DNA of 64,000 nucleotides, from IMG/VR virus record IMGVR_UViG_3300045256_000567; one strand, 5' to 3'. The stretch's first letter is position 1; every line of letters begins with the position of its first letter. A program made the position numbers and the translations under genes. The DNA is from a virus. A model generated the notes under the pieces. That model ran no database searches and had not been told where the DNA came from. It was given only the letters and a program-made list of their open reading frames with translations. Shown here piece after piece: positions 42,201 to 51,836 of the stretch.

Positions 42201-45061
42201 ATACTATACTAGAAAAATTGTCAGAAGTTGTAGAAAATGAAGAAGAAAAGACATTTTTTGATATATTAAAATCGTCATTTTTTTCTTATGGAACACCAGG
42301 GGAAGAGTTTAGTACCTGGCGTTATATTCGCTCGTACAATAAAATAAGCGGTGCAACTGTTTTTATACCTAATGATTTAGAAGCTGAAAAAAATAAGGAG
42401 GCTTCTTCATCTTTATCATCACAGGGGTACAGTTATTCTTTTAGGGCTGTACCTTTTATTAAATATTTGAGAGAAAAGGCCGGAATTAATGTAGATATTG
42501 ATGACGTAGAATCATTAGAAAAAATTTTGGGAAAGGCTTTTTTATCTTCTATTAAGTACTTACCAGTAAAAGAAGGTAAAAGTATTGATGGATCTGAAGA
42601 TTTAAAGGTAGTTTTTGAAAAAGGCACAAATACAGAAGAAGTTGGACAACAAGAACAAAGCGTAGAGCAGGATATACAACAAACACAAGAATCAGAACAA
42701 AAAAAGGAACAACAAGAATCAAATAATCAAGAAGCTGAAGAAAATAATATTCAACAAAGCCAACAAACTGAAACACAAGAAAAAGAAAAGGCTTCTAACG
42801 AATCCATTAGTTCACAACCCACACAAGAGAAGATTGAAGAAACTGAAAATGAAGAAAAAATAACCCAAGAAGTTGGACAAGCGGAATCAAAAGAAACAAG
42901 TTCAACTATTAGAAACGATATAGAAACTGAACTTAATCAAGGTCAAGTTACAGAAACAAGTGAGATTAAACAACCTGAAACCGTTGCAAAAGAACCTAAA
43001 AGACGGCCTTATTATAAAGATTTAGCAAAACCACCTAAAAAAGCATCTACTAAAAAAGAAAAACCAGAAAAAGCTCCTGAAAAAGAAGTTGAATCACAAC
43101 CTTTACAAGAAACAAGTCCGGCTATTAAGAACAATATAGAATCTAAACCTGAACAAGATCAAGTTTCTGGAACAAGTGAAATTAAACAAACTGAAACTGC
43201 AACACAGCAACCTAAAGAAGAAAAACCAAAAGAAATTTCGGAGAAAACAGAACCGAAAACAGAAGAAAAAAACATTGAAGAAAGATTAAAATATCTATAT
43301 TTAAATTATCCTTCAATTTATAACGATTTTAATACAACGCTAAAAGATTATGTTACAGACGAAGATGCTGCCGAATCATTAAGAAGAGAGTTTTATAACT
43401 TTATACAGTACGGAGTAATAGACCCCGATACACTGGAGGATTTTAGTAAATATATAAATATTTCTCTAGACAGTATTGGAAAAGAAAAAAGAAAAGATAT
43501 TACTTCTTTTTTAGACGAATATAGACAGGCAATTAGAACAAATAGGGATTTTGGTGTATTTGTAAAAGACGTTTCAACCTTAATAAGAGATGGAAAAATA
43601 AATGAACTTACTAGACAAGAAATTGTACAAAAAGCAGAACAATTTTCTAAAAGTTCTTCACCAATAATAAGAGCCTTTGCTAAGAAATTTGCTTCTTCTG
43701 TACAAAAATCAGAACAGTTAAGTAATAAGTATAAAGAAATATCAAGATCTGTTTCAGCTCCTATTAAAGATACTGCAATGTCTATATTAGGAAATCCATA
43801 CAATGAAGGTACTTGGGAAATAGTTCCAGAAGATGATAAAGGAAGAAAAATAACCGTTTCAACAGATTTTTTCGATGGTAATCGTTTGCATATAGATGAT
43901 GTTGCGATACCTATACCAAGTGAAAGCAATATAATTTCAGATACGCCAAATGAGTTTTCTCAAAATGTATTTATAAATTTTATAAGTCTTTTAACAAGCA
44001 ATGACTATGTAAAAGAAAAAATAAAACAGCTACATGGAAATCTAGAAGATAGCAAAGAAATTCCTGAAATGAATATAAAAATAACTGATAGCATAGAAGT
44101 AAGAAAAGCAGCTTTTGGAAAAGCATACTTTTTAAAAGTAAAAGGTCAAACAGAACCAAATGTATATCTAGACCCTTTAAGTTTGTATCAAGCCGTTGCT
44201 TTCACTCTTTATGAGCCAAAAGAAAAGATAGATGAAAGAACAACACAACAAGTACCTGAAGAAAACAAACAAGGCAAAAAACCTTCAAGTGTAAAAAAAC
44301 CTAAAAAGACAAAAGAAAAACAAGAAACTACACCACCTCAACAAACAGAAAAAACAGAGTCACAACAATACCCACAACCTGATATAGAACTACAAGAAAG
44401 TAACGAATCTTCGAGAAGAAATAAAGCCAAACAAGCAGGAAAACCAAAAAAGATTAAAGAAGAGCAAACAAAAATACAAGAAAATTCATCACAGGAGACT
44501 AAAGGATTAGAAACAAAAGATTCTCTCTTTACCATTAATGAAAAAGAAAGAAACAGAATTGCTAAGGCAACAAAAGTAGATCCTGAAAAAGTAGACCTTA
44601 AAAAAGCTTATCAAGCTCAACTTACTAAATATCCCGACAGTATAGATGAAGCATACAAAGACTTCGACGATATAGAAGAATCAGATATTATGGGAGAATA
44701 TTTAGTAGGCTATGATATAAAGCCCTCTAAATATGATGATAATTCTTCTACAAAATCGGTTAAAGCAAAAGACATAATAGAAAAATATGATGAAAAGAAA
44801 GCAAAAGAATCTTTTGGAAAATATATTCTTCCAAAAATGTCTACAGCATTTACTACTATAAGTAAAGAAAAGTTATTAGAGTTTTATGACAGTATAAAAT
44901 TCCCCACCAAAGAAGAACTAATGAAAAATAAACAAACTATTAATAAAAAAGTATTATTAGATTTAGCGAAAAGGATACAAGAAGAAGCAAAAGACAAACT
45001 TAATGTGAACCTTAACGAAGGCTCTCTCTATTGGTACGTATTGTATTCCTTGGCAAGTTAG
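39245..45061 (+). CDS. Giant acidic protein (~1938 aa); probable virion-internal protein
   Basis: The ATG at 39245 (MGVRY) matches MGTFY of the zincin paralogs. It has the shared DYDVV..VPEG leader, a poly-Q linker and E/K/Q-rich disordered tracts. Confidence 0.7.
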   Translation: MGVRYLQNGQTEPILDRNGNPVDYDVVVYVPEGYVLVNKDNSNNFYKSGTRVNPKSAPKGVKVNYPDAKWELVSEASFSSVLQQAQQQQQPQQQQQQELLSSREKELDELVEDPNLKKTLESYLSNEEISKILNKKLSEIQDAYQKISEKSSEEEINDFYEQVKSITNDMLYLVASSLELQAEGKNERQLYPISNEEYLEKFKDSITKLSLLLLGKQLTEIDLKDLKDIISSTFEDINIQDFLSSRNSRILIKKDFDPKFEDFVDKLISSSITQEEKEQELNRLELEVAGLLTNVTDYLTEHDLNELGTAISKQINEFREMLKEGQLSDQDVEKVKEKNLIELLRNKKDVSQLTEGELKELIESVPEKEYTEIEEVKEITSEEELKDEEAYTRGLGVFFDRSLEDVEKYIDHIEGTFLSLKAIDSFTKQDLLDMYIGQLGGMEFSGAVKMLNFVYALMELDKKFSGMSNVQKFMELKKDPTLFKEMLVGACVSKKISSFHKKSRIDSSSTNVGSPNKDVITKATSECEQKLDPVANAVIDYMREYETSYIYGILDITDKVHQSMIKTIFREEIKNKDDPLINLKARNIAARNIINRVQEIKRFKGVKEEEAKVKAELEGLEKDLSDENTDAESQALSEEILDEKVKIIQKIFGLKDKTIHALRQKFGLFKTENEKLFGHILLNIPLYAVPENLDELRNKLSEEEFSEILENSPTAQSLSLTLSAFSSDSANVNNFTNLTPNRDFNILLSNYIERFIVSLAQRRYNGEFIKEDEVENLFLDLQTETQTSIRDSLEMIVEFSANTDFINLDEEQVYKKILEMFLPKIKTALINLGKSENRYGNHGYEYLYFINYDNPKDNLPEKEFIPSEDSYKGLVRDLSYIAVFSTMLKTFELFYKKKLSLPDGRTGIISLMSNIQENIPNALSSIEPNNENAGRDVIYYYDNNDGRYNFVFDLFFPFIHPNNQRSFEGEYIGSIKGFVSQLHLFDTILEKLSEVVENEEEKTFFDILKSSFFSYGTPGEEFSTWRYIRSYNKISGATVFIPNDLEAEKNKEASSSLSSQGYSYSFRAVPFIKYLREKAGINVDIDDVESLEKILGKAFLSSIKYLPVKEGKSIDGSEDLKVVFEKGTNTEEVGQQEQSVEQDIQQTQESEQKKEQQESNNQEAEENNIQQSQQTETQEKEKASNESISSQPTQEKIEETENEEKITQEVGQAESKETSSTIRNDIETELNQGQVTETSEIKQPETVAKEPKRRPYYKDLAKPPKKASTKKEKPEKAPEKEVESQPLQETSPAIKNNIESKPEQDQVSGTSEIKQTETATQQPKEEKPKEISEKTEPKTEEKNIEERLKYLYLNYPSIYNDFNTTLKDYVTDEDAAESLRREFYNFIQYGVIDPDTLEDFSKYINISLDSIGKEKRKDITSFLDEYRQAIRTNRDFGVFVKDVSTLIRDGKINELTRQEIVQKAEQFSKSSSPIIRAFAKKFASSVQKSEQLSNKYKEISRSVSAPIKDTAMSILGNPYNEGTWEIVPEDDKGRKITVSTDFFDGNRLHIDDVAIPIPSESNIISDTPNEFSQNVFINFISLLTSNDYVKEKIKQLHGNLEDSKEIPEMNIKITDSIEVRKAAFGKAYFLKVKGQTEPNVYLDPLSLYQAVAFTLYEPKEKIDERTTQQVPEENKQGKKPSSVKKPKKTKEKQETTPPQQTEKTESQQYPQPDIELQESNESSRRNKAKQAGKPKKIKEEQTKIQENSSQETKGLETKDSLFTINEKERNRIAKATKVDPEKVDLKKAYQAQLTKYPDSIDEAYKDFDDIEESDIMGEYLVGYDIKPSKYDDNSSTKSVKAKDIIEKYDEKKAKESFGKYILPKMSTAFTTISKEKLLEFYDSIKFPTKEELMKNKQTINKKVLLDLAKRIQEEAKDKLNVNLNEGSLYWYVLYSLAS
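42869..43216 (+). repeat. Intragenic degenerate direct repeat (~130-bp units, 216-bp period)
   Basis: EVGQAESKETSSTIRNDIETELNQGQVTETSEIKQPET vs EVESQPLQETSPAIKNNIESKPEQDQVSGTSEIKQTET. Confidence 0.8.
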
Positions 45062-45390
45062 CTCTTTTTGTTTTTGTCCATAACTCTAAAAAACTCATAA
45101 ACAATAGGATCACTAAAATCTTCTTCAGAAAATTTTACTTTTTCAGAATTTAAATAATCAACTATACTGTAAGCTTCTTCTGGAGAGAATCTTAACATTA
45201 GTAGGGTGTCTATAAGATCTTCTTCTTTTCCCTCTAAAAAATTTAAATCTTTTAGCATTAGGGCGATTACTTTAAGTCCCCTATCTAGTCTATTTTTGTC
45301 TTTTTCTACTTCATTTCTGATAGAAACAATTATTGGAGATAAAAAAGACAATATCAAGTGCTCTTCTGGAGATATGCGAGAATTTTCCAT
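45058..45390 (-). CDS. Hypothetical protein
   Basis: 110 aa, 5 nt downstream of the helicase stop codon. Confidence 0.7.
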   Translation of the reverse strand: MENSRISPEEHLILSFLSPIIVSIRNEVEKDKNRLDRGLKVIALMLKDLNFLEGKEEDLIDTLLMLRFSPEEAYSIVDYLNSEKVKFSEEDFSDPIVYEFFRVMDKNKKS

Positions 45391-45395
45391 CTCTT

Positions 45396-48300
45396 CTATT
45401 CTACTACAAATTTCGCGGGGATGAAAATTAAATTTTCTAGGGAATTTAATTCTTTATTCTCAAACGACTTTTTCGTTAATGACAAAATTGATTTAGTCTT
45501 TTGGGGATCTGCACCGAAGGTGAGTGATAGTTCTGGTATAGGTAAGTTATATAATTGATGAAGTCTTTGTATTGCATACATTAATGCTACTCTATTAGCC
45601 ATTGCTTCTTCTCTTACTTCAGTCTTTTTTTCTAGCTTAGGTTTTGTTTCTTTATTTAACACGTCCATCACGTCTGTGAACTCTTTCGGTTGTGCACTTG
45701 GATCAACAGAAAGAATTTTAGGATCTAATACTTCTGTTACTACTGTATCTTTCAAATCAAGTACAGGCAATGATATTGGTGGAACAAGAATATTTAAAGA
45801 AACATTTTTTTGTTTTTCAGATCCTGGTCTAAAAAATCTACCGCTCATTTGAGAAATTTGTTCTCTGGAGAATGTAGATGCGATTACGTATCCAAGATCT
45901 GAAGGCAAATCAAGCCCCCTGGATCCAGCAGTAGTAATTACAGAAATAGATGATTTAGGGGTGTCTCTATGTGATGACACAATTCTTTGTCTATCAGGTA
46001 ATTTTGTGTCTTTATTTATATACTTAGGAGTATTTCCAACCATGTAAGCCTCGTATAATTGGGGCATAGTTTTTCGTACATGTCCATCTACTTGTTTTAA
46101 AGTGTAGTTAACTCCATACTCATCTCTTAAAGTATCTCTTATTTTTGTCACCAAAGCTTTGTATAACTTTGGATATTTGGACTTTACTGGATTTCCTGTT
46201 TTTGATGCAGATTTTGTAGACTCATAAAAAACTTCTTTTAATAAATAATCCATCGAATCAGCAATCAATCTTGATGCAACTGTTACACCCATTTTATTTT
46301 CTTTACCAGGGTTTGTTATCATTTTTGCAAACATACCTGCAATAGGGGTCAAAACTGCTGGTGAATACATAGATGCTCTTTTTCCATAATTATCAACAGT
46401 TTGTCCTATATCAGATCCTATAGAATATAAAGTTATATCTTTTCCTGCTCTGAGAACTTTAGTGTCTTTTTCAATAAATTTACCAAAGTCATCGCCGTTT
46501 GTTACTAAAAATCCATTTGAAACAAGTTGTCTTACAATTGGATTTCTAGATTTACCTAATCTAGAAGGTACAGCTATAGGATTTGGTAAACCACCAGTTT
46601 TTTGTAATCTTTTATTTCCTGCTGAATATTTTCCCTCATATAATTTCATAACAAAACCTTTTTCACCTTCATAAGTTAAAACAGGAAAAGCAACTTCTTC
46701 AGTACTAGGGTCAATATTACCTAAATATTGAGCTAAAGCTAAGGTTAATGATAAATTCTTAAGTTTGTTTCTATGTTCAATCGTAACTTTTCTTTCTGAA
46801 CCAGTATGTCCAGGAGTTCCAGTACCTTCTGCTAATCCAGTAGTTTGTGGTGCACCTGTTCCAGATTCCTCCTCATCTATATCTATTTTATTACCTTCCC
46901 AATTTTTTCCAAAACCAGGTAAGTATAGTTTTCTAGGTGGTACTGGTAAATTGGTAGTTGAAGATTTTCCAGAAGAAGATAGTTGTCCAGAAGAAGACGT
47001 TAGTTGTTCTTGTTCTTCTTCATAATCAGAGTTTTCTTCTGTGTCTTCTGAATTTATTGCATTTTCTGTATAACTATCAGTTGATTCATTAAATGTATTC
47101 TCTATATTGGAAAGCTCTTCTCTAACTTGTTCTACTAATTTTTTCTTTTCCTCATCAGTTTGCGCAAAAGAGTCTAAACCCTGTTCTGATAATATGCTTG
47201 TGTCTACTGTTAAATCTAGTAATCCAGCTTGTACATATCCTTCATTTTCTCTTATATTATCTAATAAATCTATTTCAAGTGATCCTAATCCATATGTTCT
47301 TGTAAGCTGCTGCACTTCATCATATATTGACAAAAATCTTTCTACTTCTTTTTTGTATTCACTTTCTATTTTTTTTCTTTCTTCAGGTGAAATATTTTCT
47401 TCTTTAAGTTTCTTAACTAATTCTATAAAGTTTCCTTGCCTAACTACAGGTCCATTATCTCCCGATTTTCTTGGAAGAACAAATAATTCCAAGAATTCTG
47501 TAAGTTTTGGGTTTGAAGTTACTTCCTCTATTGTAGCTGAAACTACCGCAGTTTCTAAATTTGCCGCCTGTTCTTTATTATTGGGTTCCAAAGGATCATT
47601 TTTAATAATGAATGGTTTATATTCATTAGGCCCAGTATCTAGAAATCCATACTCCCAAAGTCTTCTCCAAGATACAGCGCCAATATTCATGTCTTTTAAC
47701 ATAGAAATAAAACCTGGTAAGTAATCTGAAAAAACTTCTTTAGGAACTAACTTTCCGCTATCTTCTGGAGTAGAAGATTTTGGAGAATATACAGAACCAG
47801 TTATAACAGCGCCTTTTTTACCAGAAAGAGCGGCAAAACTTAAAAAAGTTTTTGTTAGTCTATCTTCTAGTAAAATCATTCCAACCTTATTTGGAGCTTG
47901 ATTTGTAACATTACCGAATACGGGTTTAACTTTTGTGTTTATTTGAACTTTTTCAAGTCTAAGATTTTGTAATCCTACAATATCTACAGATTGCTCCATG
48001 GCACGAAGTGCATCTATATTGAGAGATATATTACTTCGTGTAGGTTTTGCACCACCTTTACCACCATCATCTAATATTTTTAAATATCTACCTACTCTTG
48101 AATCATATTGAACTAAAGAATACATAGATAATAAATCATCAGTAGAGTTTGCAGCAGCATTTGCATTGAACACATATACAGATCCTTGTCCTCTATCAGA
48201 TTTTATTCCTTGTATTATACTATCAACTGCAAGCCTTCTTTGAGAAGATGGATCAAACACCATAGATGCTTCGTCAATAATTACGTTTCCAAACATACCC

Positions 48301-50819
48301 CTTTCTATATCAGCAGTATTTTGTTTTCCAGTTTTTTCATCAGTATAGTTGTATCTGCCACCCGTCCCCAAAAGACTCAAATAAAACCTATCTAAAGATT
48401 GAGATGCAAAAGTATCTCCTTCTCTAAAAAGACTTCCCATGTTTGAAGTTTTTCTTGCTTTTTGTAATGTACTTGTTTTTAGTATAACAAATTTGGGAAG
48501 ACTTACAGTTTCTTTAGGATTTTGTTTTTTTGCCCAAACTTCTTTTAACTTTTCATATACACTATATCTTTCAGATGGGTTCCCACTAATTTTTATTACA
48601 TCTGATTGTGTAAGATCTTTAGTTTCGCCACCAAACCCTTTTAATATTAGCGAAGCGTCTTGAATCCATCTATCTGCTATTTGTTCTGGAGCTATAATTA
48701 AAGTAGGTCTATCTTCTAATCCTAAATCTCTTCTAAGTGCTGTTGTAGCTAAGCCAGTAATTGTTTTTCCTGTGCCAGTAGAGTGCGCAAAAAACATTCC
48801 TACTCTACCTGCGCTTATATTGTCTTCTTCAGATATTAATTTTCTGTCACCAACTATAGCTTTTACCATTGCTTTTACTTGGTGAGGGTGAAAAGTTGCG
48901 TCTTCTTTAAATGAAGGTAAGTTATTAGGAGTTTTTATTCCAAAATGTTCTAAAAATTTAGGGATTACCTGTACTGGTATTACAAACCCAAAAGATTTAC
49001 TCTTATATTTTTTTCCAGTATATTTTTCTATTTCTTTATCACTCAGTCCAATTTCTTTGTAAATACGTTTCATGTCATCTTCGCTCCAGGAAATTTTATA
49101 TATAGGACCTATGTTACCTAATTGTGACATGTTTGGATCTGAAGTTTGAGATTCAAACAGCAAATCAACTTCACGCATTTTTTGCTCTAAGTTTCTGTCA
49201 ATAAGGTTTCCTGTATTTGGAGAAGGAGTAGATAATCCAGGATGCAAATTCCTTTGTGTTCCAAAAGAATATATTGTATCTAAACCACTTATATTAGAGT
49301 ATTGACTAATCACTTCCTTTGCTTGGGAAGCATCAAGAACTGAATACTCTTCAATTCCTTCAGGAGTATCGGGGGTATAAAAGAATTTTCTTAAATCTTC
49401 AGGTATTTCTGTAATAAAACCAGTAGTAGCATTTATCATAGAAAGTTTTAGTTTTGAATTTTCATGTGCATCAATAAATTTTTCGGCATTATCTATTATT
49501 GTTTGAGGGATTCCTAAACCAAATCTATAATAATCTGAATTTAGCTCATTCAAAAGCGGCATTATTAAAGATAACTCGTTATTCAAATCTATACTGTCAT
49601 AGTCCTCATCCTGAATTTTTTTCATTAAATATAGTTGTATGTTTTCTGAAAGTAATTTTTCAGCCTGTTTAGCTGCTCTAGAATCTCTTTTTGTCCCACT
49701 CTTTGTAAGACCAGATTGAGCTTTAGCAGCATATTCAGTAAGATCATCGTGTATCACATATATTTGACTAGAAAATTTATCTTTATTTGCTACATATGTT
49801 GGAAGATCTGCTAAAAGACCTTTTTCGGCATCATATACGTAGTACTTCCTACCTTCGTCTAAGTTGGTATTTGGTTGTGCTATTTTTTGTGTAGCTTCTT
49901 GTTCTTTTTCTACGGAAAAAAGCTCTTTTCTTAAAATATCTAGAAGCGGCTTTTTTCTGTCATCTGGTAAAGCTTGCTCAATTATCTCAGCTATTTTTTC
50001 TAAAGTTATACCTTCTTCAGGAATCTGTATATTACGGGAATTAAGTATTTTAGGAAGAACATATAAAACGTCTTCTATATTTTGTGGATTTTTAAGTTTT
50101 TCTAGAAGAAGTTTATTTTCTTCTGTAGTAGGATTTCTAGAAGTGTTATATGCAGGAATGAATTCCCAAGGATCCCCTCGTTCTACTTGATCCTTAGTTA
50201 GCTTTCCTACAAATTGCCCACCTAAAAGTATCTTACCATCTTTGTTTTTGGCTATATATCCGCCAGGAACTTTACCATTCTTTAGTACTTCTTCACCACG
50301 TTCATTGGTTTCCCATTCAAAGTTTTTTAGAAACTTTTCGTCCAAACCAGCTTTTAGAATTATTCTAGAAAAATTCGCTGTAGACTTATTATATAAGTTT
50401 TCTTCTATATCAAGTTTACTTTCTATTAAAAGAACATCATCATTAGATGAATGATTAGTATCTTCGATTACTAGTTCGTTTATATCTATTAAGCTTAGAG
50501 TTTTTAATGTTTCTTTATTACTCATGCTTAACACTCCTTCTACTTTGTATCCATGCCATGCCAACAAAGAAGGTAATATATATAGATACTCTTCAATGCT
50601 AGGCGGAATCTCTATGTACAATTTTACTTTACCGAAAAAATTATTTTTCTTTATAGTAGCAATATAATTTGCGTATCTTTCGAGAAGAATTTCCAAAGAA
50701 AACTTTAAATCTTCGTATTCCGTAACTACTTTAGTTTCTTCTATTTTTCCCTTAGAAACAATAAAGTGTATTTCCCCGGTTTTTTCTTTTTGTGATAGTT
50801 TGTATACTAACTTTTTCAT
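45396..50819 (-). CDS. Giant SF2 (SNF2-like) helicase/ATPase-domain protein, 1807 aa
   Basis: Q-motif FHPHQ, Walker A FAHSTGTGKT, Ia TLIIAP, Walker B VIIDEAS, V TAGSRGLDL, VI QMSGRFFRPG; very large inserts. Confidence 0.85.
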   Translation of the reverse strand: MKKLVYKLSQKEKTGEIHFIVSKGKIEETKVVTEYEDLKFSLEILLERYANYIATIKKNNFFGKVKLYIEIPPSIEEYLYILPSLLAWHGYKVEGVLSMSNKETLKTLSLIDINELVIEDTNHSSNDDVLLIESKLDIEENLYNKSTANFSRIILKAGLDEKFLKNFEWETNERGEEVLKNGKVPGGYIAKNKDGKILLGGQFVGKLTKDQVERGDPWEFIPAYNTSRNPTTEENKLLLEKLKNPQNIEDVLYVLPKILNSRNIQIPEEGITLEKIAEIIEQALPDDRKKPLLDILRKELFSVEKEQEATQKIAQPNTNLDEGRKYYVYDAEKGLLADLPTYVANKDKFSSQIYVIHDDLTEYAAKAQSGLTKSGTKRDSRAAKQAEKLLSENIQLYLMKKIQDEDYDSIDLNNELSLIMPLLNELNSDYYRFGLGIPQTIIDNAEKFIDAHENSKLKLSMINATTGFITEIPEDLRKFFYTPDTPEGIEEYSVLDASQAKEVISQYSNISGLDTIYSFGTQRNLHPGLSTPSPNTGNLIDRNLEQKMREVDLLFESQTSDPNMSQLGNIGPIYKISWSEDDMKRIYKEIGLSDKEIEKYTGKKYKSKSFGFVIPVQVIPKFLEHFGIKTPNNLPSFKEDATFHPHQVKAMVKAIVGDRKLISEEDNISAGRVGMFFAHSTGTGKTITGLATTALRRDLGLEDRPTLIIAPEQIADRWIQDASLILKGFGGETKDLTQSDVIKISGNPSERYSVYEKLKEVWAKKQNPKETVSLPKFVILKTSTLQKARKTSNMGSLFREGDTFASQSLDRFYLSLLGTGGRYNYTDEKTGKQNTADIERGMFGNVIIDEASMVFDPSSQRRLAVDSIIQGIKSDRGQGSVYVFNANAAANSTDDLLSMYSLVQYDSRVGRYLKILDDGGKGGAKPTRSNISLNIDALRAMEQSVDIVGLQNLRLEKVQINTKVKPVFGNVTNQAPNKVGMILLEDRLTKTFLSFAALSGKKGAVITGSVYSPKSSTPEDSGKLVPKEVFSDYLPGFISMLKDMNIGAVSWRRLWEYGFLDTGPNEYKPFIIKNDPLEPNNKEQAANLETAVVSATIEEVTSNPKLTEFLELFVLPRKSGDNGPVVRQGNFIELVKKLKEENISPEERKKIESEYKKEVERFLSIYDEVQQLTRTYGLGSLEIDLLDNIRENEGYVQAGLLDLTVDTSILSEQGLDSFAQTDEEKKKLVEQVREELSNIENTFNESTDSYTENAINSEDTEENSDYEEEQEQLTSSSGQLSSSGKSSTTNLPVPPRKLYLPGFGKNWEGNKIDIDEEESGTGAPQTTGLAEGTGTPGHTGSERKVTIEHRNKLKNLSLTLALAQYLGNIDPSTEEVAFPVLTYEGEKGFVMKLYEGKYSAGNKRLQKTGGLPNPIAVPSRLGKSRNPIVRQLVSNGFLVTNGDDFGKFIEKDTKVLRAGKDITLYSIGSDIGQTVDNYGKRASMYSPAVLTPIAGMFAKMITNPGKENKMGVTVASRLIADSMDYLLKEVFYESTKSASKTGNPVKSKYPKLYKALVTKIRDTLRDEYGVNYTLKQVDGHVRKTMPQLYEAYMVGNTPKYINKDTKLPDRQRIVSSHRDTPKSSISVITTAGSRGLDLPSDLGYVIASTFSREQISQMSGRFFRPGSEKQKNVSLNILVPPISLPVLDLKDTVVTEVLDPKILSVDPSAQPKEFTDVMDVLNKETKPKLEKKTEVREEAMANRVALMYAIQRLHQLYNLPIPELSLTFGADPQKTKSILSLTKKSFENKELNSLENLIFIPAKFVVE

Positions 50820-50841
50820 TTTTCGCCCGAAAAAATATTAA

Positions 50842-51726
50842 TTATATCTTTTTAATGAATTTATCCAGTTTGTCAAAAAATGAATATAGTTTTGGATATT
50901 GTTCTAAAAATTCGCGGTGAAAGTAAAAAAATACAAAAGACTCTACAAAATCATCTTTAGGAGAAAGGACAGTATTGATAGAAAATCTTTCATTATCATC
51001 ATAATGATACCATGCGTTTGAAGTTTTTATATTATACAATTCTCCAGATTTTATATATCTATATGTGCTTTGATTTTCAGGGATTTCTTTTGTCCACCCT
51101 CTGACTTTTAAAAATTCAGAAATATATTCAGGAAAAACCTTTAAGATTCTACTAAAGGAGATTTCAGCTATTGTTTCTGCTGTAGCTACCGATGCTACTG
51201 AAATTCCTGGAGTTACATTTGGAACCATTCTAACTACAGGAACAGTAATGTATATATAGTAAGGTTGAAAAATATTTATTTCAAAAAACGTTCCTTCCAT
51301 TTTGTGAGAAATCACATACAAATCGTAGTTCTGTTGATCTATTTTGGCGGTTTGGTACCTTAGTATCCAATTAAGAGATTTTATTTTTAGTATTTTATAC
51401 AAATTTTCAGGAAACTGTTTCATCACGGCCCTTATGTTGAAAAGGGCATAATAAGGTGCGTTTTCATCTACTACAGGAATTGCGAAATCTAACAAAGTAC
51501 TTTTGTTGTATCTTTTTACTTTTTTTTCTGAAACATTTCCTTCTTCATCATATATGTCAACAGTAGGATCTAAAAAGAGTCCTAAAGAGTGCGCTTCTGC
51601 TAATCGAAGTGCAGAAATGGAAGAATCTGAGGGAGCATATTGACCAACTTCATAACGTGAAGTGGAAAAAGGAATGGGGTAGTTTGGGGGTATTACATAG
51701 TAGTCTGGATCACCAATTCGCGCCAT
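50842..51726 (-). CDS. Hypothetical protein, possibly a degenerate zincin-like fold
   Basis: C-terminal SPKDDFVESFVFFYFHREFLEQYPKLYSFF resembles the E(D/Y)FAESF..Y...P..Y tail of lethal-factor-like zincins, but there is no HExxH. Confidence 0.55.
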   Translation of the reverse strand: MARIGDPDYYVIPPNYPIPFSTSRYEVGQYAPSDSSISALRLAEAHSLGLFLDPTVDIYDEEGNVSEKKVKRYNKSTLLDFAIPVVDENAPYYALFNIRAVMKQFPENLYKILKIKSLNWILRYQTAKIDQQNYDLYVISHKMEGTFFEINIFQPYYIYITVPVVRMVPNVTPGISVASVATAETIAEISFSRILKVFPEYISEFLKVRGWTKEIPENQSTYRYIKSGELYNIKTSNAWYHYDDNERFSINTVLSPKDDFVESFVFFYFHREFLEQYPKLYSFFDKLDKFIKKI

Positions 51727-51784
51727 AAAAGTTTCTATAAAAAGAGAAAATAATTATTCTTAGAATATTATAGCATATTTCGCT

Positions 51785-51810
51785 GTGACGACTCCCAATT
51801 CTAAAGAATT
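51785..51810 (-). mobile_element. Truncated IS605 right end
   Basis: AATTCTTTAGAATTGGGAGTCGTCAC is identical to the right ends at 16409 and 53417; the GAAGCCC foot is lost. Confidence 0.85.
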
Positions 51811-51836
51811 TCAAGAAATACTATTTATTTTTTGCA

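Noticed and set aside
39245-45061. Tape measure protein
   Set aside because: It is acidic and low-complexity with the shared leader, lacks the A/G-rich amphipathic repeats and TM segments typical of tape measures, and is not next to the tube genes.
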